Assembly (NCBI RefSeq): GCF_009834535.1
Contig: NC_045697.1
Coordinates: forward strand, 42,534,001 to 42,598,000
DNA from: Camelus ferus
Lineage: Eukaryota
DNA length: 64,000 bases
Reading direction: 5' to 3'
In this document: positions 55,571 to 64,000 of the stretch, piece by piece
Position numbering within the stretch: position 1 is the stretch's first letter
How the letters are laid out: each line of letters begins with the position of its first letter
Notes under the pieces: model-generated
Told to the model about the DNA's origin: nothing
The model's database searches: none
What the model saw: only the letters and a program-made list of their open reading frames with translations
Position numbers and translations under genes: made by a program

Positions 55571-56073
55571 TCATTATATTATTGTGAGTTAAAATACTAG
55601 ACAAAGATGAGCAATATGGTATGCTGTGTTTACTTTTCCTTTCTTGAAAACGTTTTCACCTCTATCAGAGTTAATAATTGCCTTAAAAAAAACTAGTTTT
55701 CAATATTTTCTTCATAAAATCTTCCCCTACTCCTCTGTTTTCTTGAACCTCCCCTCAATATGACTGAAGACATCAGATACTGTATCAGTTTCATCTTCTT
55801 GCAAGTAACTCTTACAGAACTTTCTGGCCTGCCTTAATCTGTAGTAGCTGCGCCCTAAGCCAGCTGGATAGCTGTCATGTTTGCATCTTCTCTCATGTCA
55901 TCCTGGGATGCCTTTCCGCTTCTTTGTGATAGAGCCTCTGTTTCCTGAATCTCATGTCATCTATTTTCTCAAATTAACTTCCTCAGTTTTGGTAAAGTGT
56001 CTTGTTCAACAGCTTCCTGAGAAAGGATGCAGGGGAGTTACCATTTTTGGTTTTTGGATTTTGTTTTTAGAAA

Positions 56074-56629
56074 TGTCGTGAGTGAAGATTTCTTTGACTC
56101 TTGCTATATTAAAATGAGTTCCTTTCCCTTCACCAAGGAAAGTGATAACGTTCAAGTTGACAAGTTTTCAGGTAGCAGGGCTCAGAACAAACTCCAGCAC
56201 GTCATATGGGACGACTTTATTGCAGAAAAGGGAAACTTAGAAAACCAAGCTTCAGCAAGGGAAAAGAAGTCACAAGTCCTTCACCCTCATTTTCTCACAG
56301 AGAATTGTGCTTGGCATACCCCATCCTAAAATCCAAGCATGACTGCCATCTCATCGGTGAAGAAACGCAGACTGTTCATGATGGAGGCTGTTTGAGTACT
56401 GGATTTGAGTACTTACTGGATGTTTACAGAAGTTATTTGAGAAATCTAGCTGTTAAGCCTCAGGAGATTTGTGGGCACAGGGGGAGTTGCAGGCCCTCCT
56501 ACAGAGAATGGAAGCTACCAGTGTCATGGGAAATTGAGCTTAGGTGCAGTACCTCTGGGTACATGGTCAGTGGGTCCTTCTCTGGGCAGCCCAGGGTGAC
56601 CTCTCGGGGTTATTTTGGAAAATCTCGCA
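56074..56629 (-). mobile_element. Probable solo LTR (class uncertain, ERVL-like) inside an old L1
   Basis: Minus strand begins TGCGAG and ends ACGACA, about 556 bp, with AATAAA about 145 nt before the 3' end; interrupts L1-like flanks. No clear TSD. Confidence 0.55.
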
Positions 56630-58054
56630 GCTTCCATTGCATTTATCCTCCTTTCAATGGGTATCAGATTCAAGGTTGGAAGTCATTTTATCTCAGAGTT
56701 TAAAAATTACTTTTCCATCATATTCTAGATTCTTACATTGGTATTGAAAAATCTAAAGCTACCCAGATTCTTGATTCTCTGTCTGTGGCCTGTTTCTTTT
56801 CTATTCTTTTCATTTTTTTTAAAAAATGGGAAAATTTAGAATCCTCTTGTTGGCCCTCCTGTTCTAAAATGTCATGATAACATGCCTTGGAGTGGACCTG
56901 TTTTATACATTATACTGAGTACTCAATTGGACTAGTTTAGTCTGGGAATTCATATCCTTTAATTTTGAGAAAGTTTATGAATTATTTATGTAATAATATC
57001 CTCCCCTCTGTTTTCTCTTTCTCATCACATGTATCCTTAAGATTGTCACTATCGTTTTTTTATCTTTCCTGTCTTATTTTATATTTATTTTTTTTAAATC
57101 TAGTTGCTAAAAGAGCTCTTCAGTTTTCCCTTCTATAAGTTTCTTTTTCATTTGTGACATTATAATTTTAATTTCTAGGAGTTTTTTTCTTTTTTGTTGG
57201 TATGTTTTTTTCATGGATTCTCTTAATTCTCTGAGATTTCTTTTTCTTTCTTTTTAATTTTTTTTCCGTTTCTTTTCTTTTCAGATTTTTATCTTCCTAA
57301 ATAGTCTCTTTCTTTCAGGTTGACTTTTTTGTTAATTTGTTTTTGTCTCTGTCTTTTATATTAGAGAATGCCCTCACGTGTGTCATCCTTGGAAAGCTGT
57401 AGGGTAGCTTTGTAATTGTGGGTGGAGCTTGTAGATGTGGGCCTCAGCCCAGGGTCATCTTGCTGGGCCATTCTGTTGACCATCTTTCCCTTGAGCTAGG
57501 CAGAGTCCCTACAGAAGAATATCCAATCTTTACTTAGTATATAGCTGACTCTGAACAGTTCAGAAGCCAAGTTGGAGAAAGGTCTGAGGACCCTTACTTA
57601 ACATTTAGTACATAAGCATCTATTTTATCTTCATGATGAGACCACAACTGTGCCTGACGTGATGTCGTTGTCTGTCCCTCCTCCATCTCAATCCAAACAC
57701 CCTCTCTTTCTATTCAATGAATTAATCTCCAGTCTAGTACCCACATAGTAATGGGGATCTGGGTCTAGCTGCTCTTAGACATTCTTCAGCAGTCCTTCTG
57801 CGTACAGTCCCACATTTACTTCTGCTTCTGAAGGTACCAATTCTGAGCCTCTTGGAGGTTCTCTTATAGTAATTTGCTTTTCTATTTTCCTTTCACTTGC
57901 TTTAAGTTAAGATTCTAGAATTTGCTAAATCAGTTACCACTGACTTCTCTGCTGTTTTAGAATCCAAAGTTTTGTTGCTTTTACCTTTTCTGTTTTCTTT
58001 GTTCTTATGGGTTTATACTTTTTAAAAAATCCTTTTAAACAATAGTTTTACTGG

Positions 58055-58409
58055 CATGTTAGTCTACTTGGGCTGCCACAAGATATCATAGACCAGTGGC
58101 ATAAACGACAGAAATTTCTGTTCACGGTTCTGGATGCTGAAAGCCCAGAATCAGGGTGTTGCATGACTGGTTTCTCCTGAGATCTCTCCTGGCTTGCAGA
58201 TGCACCTTCTCAGGGTGGTCTCGCCTGGAGGGGAGAGATCTCTGGTGTCTGTTCTTATAAGGGCATTAATCCCGTCACAAGGGCCCCACCCTCGTGACCT
58301 CATCCAAACCCAATTACTTCCCAAAGGCTCCACCTCCAAATACCATCGCATTAGGGGTTTAGGCTTCAAATATGAATCTGGGGCTGGGAGCACAGTTCAG
58401 TGCATGGCA
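58055..58409 (-). mobile_element. MaLR solo LTR, MLT1A-like
   Basis: tgttagtctacttgggctgcc...tcttataagggcattaatccc...cccaaaggctccacctccaaataccatc...cagtgcatggca. Confidence 0.9.
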
Positions 58410-59000
58410 GTGGGGTTTCAGGAGAGAGGAGATAAACGCATGTGCTCAAACTTCTGTCTTTATCTGGGGCCCATATGGAGTCTTTGGAGAAACAGCCATT
58501 AAAGTATTTTTAGATTGAGGACAAAAATCTCTTAATCAGAAACAGGACATTATATGAACTGATATATGGATTTTAAAGTGAGACAATTTTAATTATATTT
58601 GCAGTCCTTGAAGCAAGTCCCAGGAGAGGTGATTAAGATAGTTTAAGGTAATCTTCCTGCCCGTCTTCTCCCTGCTCCACCCAAAGTGGGATTGCATCCT
58701 CCTGTTGAAATGGGAAGTTGGTCTTAAATTTTAGAGTTGTGTGTTTTGTGCCTTTTTAGCTATTTCAAGTAGATAGTATGAAGGGAAATTTCTTTCTCAT
58801 ATGTTGGCTCCTCTCATTGCATTTTCTTTCTTGAGTGACATCCATAGATTTTTTTCAAAGTTCCAGAATTTATTTATACTCTCCTTTCTGTTGCTGTCTT
58901 TAAAAATACCTAATCTGCATGTTTGTAGAAAAACATTTTTCTACATTGGAGATTTGTTTTCCTCAATCCTTTACAATTTTATTTGCATAAGGCAATTTTT

Positions 59001-59115
59001 AAAATTAATTTATTTTTTATTGAAGTACAGTCAGTTACAATGTGTCAATTTCTGGTGTACAGCACAATGTCCCAGTCATGCATATACATACATACATTCA
59101 TTTTCATACATCTTT
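59001..59115 (-). mobile_element. Very short L1 3'-end insertion with TSD
   Basis: TSD ataaggcaattttt (58987-59000) / ataaggcagttttt (59116-59129); body close to 1908-2000. Confidence 0.85.
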
Positions 59116-59994
59116 ATAAGGCAGTTTTTTAGAAATAATGGACAGTGTCTTAAATGGAGGATATGTTTCATTGTTAATTACAGTAAGAGTTACACAAGTT
59201 TTTTGTGTTTTTTTTAAACTTCCTATTTTGAAATAATTATGGACTCACAGGAAGTTGCAGACGTAGTACCTGAAACCCCTTGTGGCCTTCCTTCATCTGC
59301 CTTCCTCTATTGATGACATCTTGTTTGCCAGGTATTTGAAGATATATTTTTCACATCATGTAATTCCAAGTAATTTTCAGTTTTAAACTTTTGAAATTCA
59401 TTAACTTTAGAATCCAGTGAGATTCAATTTAGTTTGTGTAAGTTTTACCTCCACAAGAGAAACCTTTCCTAATCACTTTTATCCACACCAGTTAGTAATT
59501 TATTCAGTCACATTAAATACTTCCTTCAGAGCTTTGTCATCATCTGAAAGTATCTTGTTTATTTACTTATTTAGTTTTATTGTCTGTGGTGTTCATCTCT
59601 GTTCACCTGAAAGAATGATTGTCACAGATTAGGTGCTCAACAAATTTTTACTAATTTTGATGGGATTTCTCTGTGCCCTCCCTTCCCTCCGCTTAATGTT
59701 TTGGGAATGTTAGAAAAGCCAGCTTCCTGGTGTTTAAGAGAGAAAATAGTTTTGAAGTATCTTCCCAGGCAGCCTTGAAGAACTCTGGCTGTTGGAATCC
59801 TTGTTCCTCTTCTTTCATTTTAAGCCTTGAACATTGGAAATTTCTTTTGATCAGTGTTGTGACCAAAAAGTACTTTTTTGGAGGTTTTTTGATCTTTTGA
59901 TTTTTTTGGTAAAAAATTCTAGATTTTGATCTAGGTACATCTTGAATCATCTTTCCTCTTGCATATCCCATTCTGATTTTCTGATTGATCAATT

Positions 59995-60240
59995 GGTTTT
60001 TATTGTGGTAAAAACACATCACATGAGAACTGCCCTGTGAACAAATGTTTTAATGTACAGTACAGGTAATTGTAAAAGTACAGTATTGGACAGCAGATCT
60101 CCAGGACTTTTTCACGTTGCATAACTGTAACTTTATACACACTTATCAGCAACTCATTTCTTTCTCCTCCCGGCCCTTGGCAGCCACCATTCTACTTTCT
60201 GCTTCTGTGAATTGGGCTGCTTTCAATACCTCACATAACT
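59995..60240 (-). mobile_element. L1 3' end fragment
   Basis: ttttattgtggtaaaa...cagcagatctccagga...cccttggcagccaccattctactttctg. Confidence 0.8.
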
Positions 60241-63200
60241 ATTTATTTCACAGGAAGTTCTCACTGAAAGTAATTTTGTTATAATTTACATGCATATAAT
60301 GTTCTCCAAGAAAAAAAAGCAGATGAAATGAACCCTCTATTATTCTTTTAAAAATTGGCTCTATGTGTTGCACTTTAGAGCAAGATTATTTTTCCAGGAC
60401 TTCTCTGAATTTGATGTGAAATACTTGTTATTCTGTTTACCTGATCCCCATTCACACATCAAGTCTTTTTACCAGGTCACTTCTAACAGGGATTGTAGAT
60501 GTCTCAGTAGGAACCATACTTACCTGAAATTCTGTTATTTAAATCTATCTGTCAGAAATTAGTAAAAATGGAATGTTTTGGGTATATCAACATGCAAAAT
60601 GAGTATGTGGACTGATGTGTAATACATTAGGGCAACGTCACTGTTCTGTTTTCTCTCCCTTAATTCTCTCTTGGTTATTGCCTCCCTGTGATTTTGTTCA
60701 GTATATGTAGTGACTCTCTCAACTAATTTGAGAAAATAAATAATTTTGTGGCCATATTGTGTACAAGGTATGGCTTAAGACTCTTCTTCGTCTTTTCTGT
60801 TTATTTGCTGTGTTCAGCCATTCAATCTTCTTGATTCTAACGGCACATGATTGATTTACATCATTGAAGCAGAAAATTCTACCTGTGTAAAAATAGTATC
60901 TTCAGTTTATTATTAATGACTTTTCTGCATGCTGGGTGCCACTGTAGTGCCCAGTGGTGCATTCCCCACTGGGCGGAGGCCCAGTGCCGTAGAAGCCAGG
61001 TGATGCTGACCACAGTTGGCATCTTGTGGCGAGATTAGTATAATGTAGTGAATCCCCAATTAGACAACCTGGCCTTTTTTTTTAAACAGAAAAACAGTGT
61101 GCCCCGCTGTCTGCCAAGGATTTCAAAGGCACAACACCTTCAGGTAATCTCATTCCCAAGGTGTGGTTATGTATTATCAAACAGAAAGAAGCATGGAAGC
61201 TCTGAGTCCTAATACTATTTTACTGACTAACTTGTGGAAGTGTTTTTTTTTGGGGGGGAGGGAGGTGGGAAGGGGTGTTTAGGGCTTGATTTTTTCATTA
61301 ATGAAATAAGTGTAATACTATTAATGTGTCTCACATAATCAGCCTGAAGCATAAGTTTGAAAATGACTATGCTTTAAATGGACTTTGCAAAAGAAAACTG
61401 TTGTACTACACTTAGAATTAACAGGTTTTGTGTTCTGCTTGTTCTGAATGCTGTCTAATTTAATTTATTCAGTGTAGGCTGGGAACATACATTTCTTTTA
61501 AAATTGTCTGTGTTCTATTCTTATTTAATCTGATAATGAGCTCTCCTAACTCCCCTTCTGTGTTTTTGCATCTAACTGTATGTACTGAAATGCAGCATGA
61601 AAGCTGAAGCTTAAATCAAATGATTGGCAACTCTCAAGATGGGCTAATATTGATCATTTCTTTTATTAATTCTCATAACCTTAAGTAAAATCATCATTTA
61701 AATATGTATTTGTTAAGTATTAGTGAAATTAAAAGACTAATACAACATTCTTTGACTAGGAATGTTTTTCTTTCAAAGTTTTAAGAAATTCTGTGATTCA
61801 TAAAAGTTAAAAATTACTTTTTAGTCCATGTAATTTTTTAAAGATAGCACTAAATTTGTATCCTTTTACCATGAGCTCCTTGACTCATTTAAAGTTAAGT
61901 GGGAGATCCGATTAAGGTGTTTGAATGGCAACATACTGAAATTAGCAGGTGACAGTAAAACAGTTCTTCTGAACTACGTTTGTAATTTGTTACGCAGAGA
62001 TGATTTATTTTGTCAGTGAGACTTTTCAGTCTCTCCCATATATATCATTTAACTACAGCTTCTGTCCAGACCTCTTTATCTGTATGAACTTGCAATTCAG
62101 AGTCAGATAACGTAATTATACACTATTGCTCATGTAACTTAGGTCTTCTCCACCTTCTCAAAAACAACAGTTGTAATTATTAAGTTGGCTTAATTGTTAA
62201 AGATACCATTAGTAATTTTACTGTCTTGATCTTTTTCAAAGTTGATTTTCATGTGTATTATCTCATTTGATCAGCTCAGCAATCTATTGAACTGTTGTTT
62301 AATAACAAATAGAACATTTAAAAAATTGTCTTATCTTGAGGAATATCTTAATGTTCATTGTCAGCCAAAATAAAAGAAACCACATACTTGTATAAATGCC
62401 ATTGATCAGATAAATAGAACTGTTTCAAACCAAGAGTACATGTTTGGTGTTTTGATTCTCAAAGTAACCATTGGCATTCATTGTTTATAATTGGTAATTG
62501 AAATATGTATGAAAATGTATGAAATATGTATGAAAATACACTTTTGTCCAGTTTTCTTTTAATGTTAGTAGTGTTAAGTAATATCCAAAAATGTCCAGAG
62601 TCACTCAGAATGTGTCATATCTATAGGTTTCTAAGTTCTATACCAGGATAACTTTATCTCTTAAAGCAGGTTTAATTTTTCAAAATCTATTTTTCCCCCT
62701 CTGTGCAAGGCATAGTTGGTATTAACCAGTCCATTTACTAATCAGTGTTTTGTTTTGTCTTTATGAAATAGAATTTCACTATATTGGTTTAACTGTGAAA
62801 TAATCAATTTGAAGATTACAAGTATTTTTTTTTAAGATTATGAAACTGGAAATGTACAATTTAAAACCAAAGTTCCCTAATTATGAAACAGCTAGGAAAT
62901 GAAAGCATAGCATGTCAGCCTTTGGTTGAGAATTTTAGGCAATTAAGAAGCTGTCTTCCTCATATACACATTTAATTCCTATCATGGAAGGATGGGTCCT
63001 GTTACCTAGCAAATGTCTAGGTCCATTGTTGCTTGCAGGAGAAATTTGCAGGTCAGTTTTTACCAATGATCTTAAACCATGATTGCTAAAGGTGGTTTCT
63101 CAGTGGTGGTCTTTTGTTTTCTCCCTTCTCTATTTAATCATCCTTAAACATTGCTTTCTTTGTATTACTCCTCCTTTCAGAACCTTCAGGAATCCGTTGC

Positions 63201-63549
63201 CCGTAGTAAATCCAAACCTCCTGATGTTCAGGAAGTTGAATTCAGCGTGTCCTCCTTTGATCTCCTTGGGTTGATTTATTCACTCATTTAACAGATGTTT
63301 ATTGAGGACCCACTTAGTGCCAGTGGTGTGCCTCATACCAGGGAGCAGCATTGAACCAGGCAGACCAGGAGTCTGCTCCCATGGTGTTTATTTTCTAGAG
63401 AGGGGCAAGAGGCTATAAATCAGTGAGTATATGAATACAGTAATTTCAGCACTTAGGAGATACTGAATATCAGAAGCAAATCAGGCTTCCATTGACTTTC
63501 CCCTTTTCCAGTAAGTCCTTTTTTTTTAGATCACTACTGTGAACTACCT

Positions 63550-63760
63550 CTTACAGACTAGACAGCTTGGATTTGAATATAAGTTCTATCCCTGACTGTA
63601 GGCAAATTACTTATCCTCTTCATTTCTCAATTTATATTATAATAAGGGGTATAAAAATAGCTATTAACTCATAGGGTTCTTGTAAAGATTAAATGAGTTA
63701 CATCTACAAATACTTAAAACAGTGTTTGTTACATAGTTAAGACTCAGTAAGAATAAGGTA
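63550..63760 (+). mobile_element. MIR SINE
   Basis: ggcaaattacttatcctct...ctcatagggttcttgtaaagattaaatgagtta. Confidence 0.75.
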
Positions 63761-64000
63761 TCTAAAAATTTTTCCTTTTAAAATGTTCTTTCAAATGAAA
63801 GTAAATAAAGGTGAAATATGCACAGCACAGTACCATGTGTAAGTCTCGTATTAATTCACTTATGTGATAAAAACACTTTTGTCTTGTTTGTCTTAAATGG
63901 AAGGAAAAAACACCCCTAAAGTCATCTAAATTCTATTTATTATGCATCCTGCGTCTTTATGACGTGTGTTTAGTGTATGTTAGTAACTTAATGTGTTGGT

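Noticed and set aside
62501..62538. Short (gaaatatgtat)-like tandem repeat
   Set aside because: Ordinary AT-rich slippage repeat.
1..64000. WDFY3 promoter/CpG island or a novel multi-gene system
   Set aside because: No CpG island and no second gene is visible; the promoter is probably upstream of the window.

Overview
Mammalian genomic DNA, very likely a camelid (three tRNA-derived Vic-1-type SINEs). It is AT-rich and almost entirely intronic. The window covers the 5' part of WDFY3 (ALFY, autophagy-linked FYVE protein) on the + strand: the first two coding exons (42505-42715 with ATG at 42536, and 53922-54045, together aa 1-101) and a candidate upstream non-coding exon ending at 1397. The rest is intron filled with transposon relics (L1, L2, MIR, MaLR/ERVL LTRs, hAT and Tc1/mariner elements), microsatellites and a polypyrimidine tract. 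Apart from the two WDFY3 exon ORFs, the listed ORFs are chance frames or L1 remnants. I see no supportable new multi-gene system. The most interesting signal is conditional: if the exon ending at 1397 splices to 42505, the leader carries a chain of overlapping uORFs (TGATG, then ATGA over the WDFY3 start). Repeat family names come from recognition of consensus sequences by eye and should be confirmed with RepeatMasker/Dfam; boundaries of old repeats are approximate.
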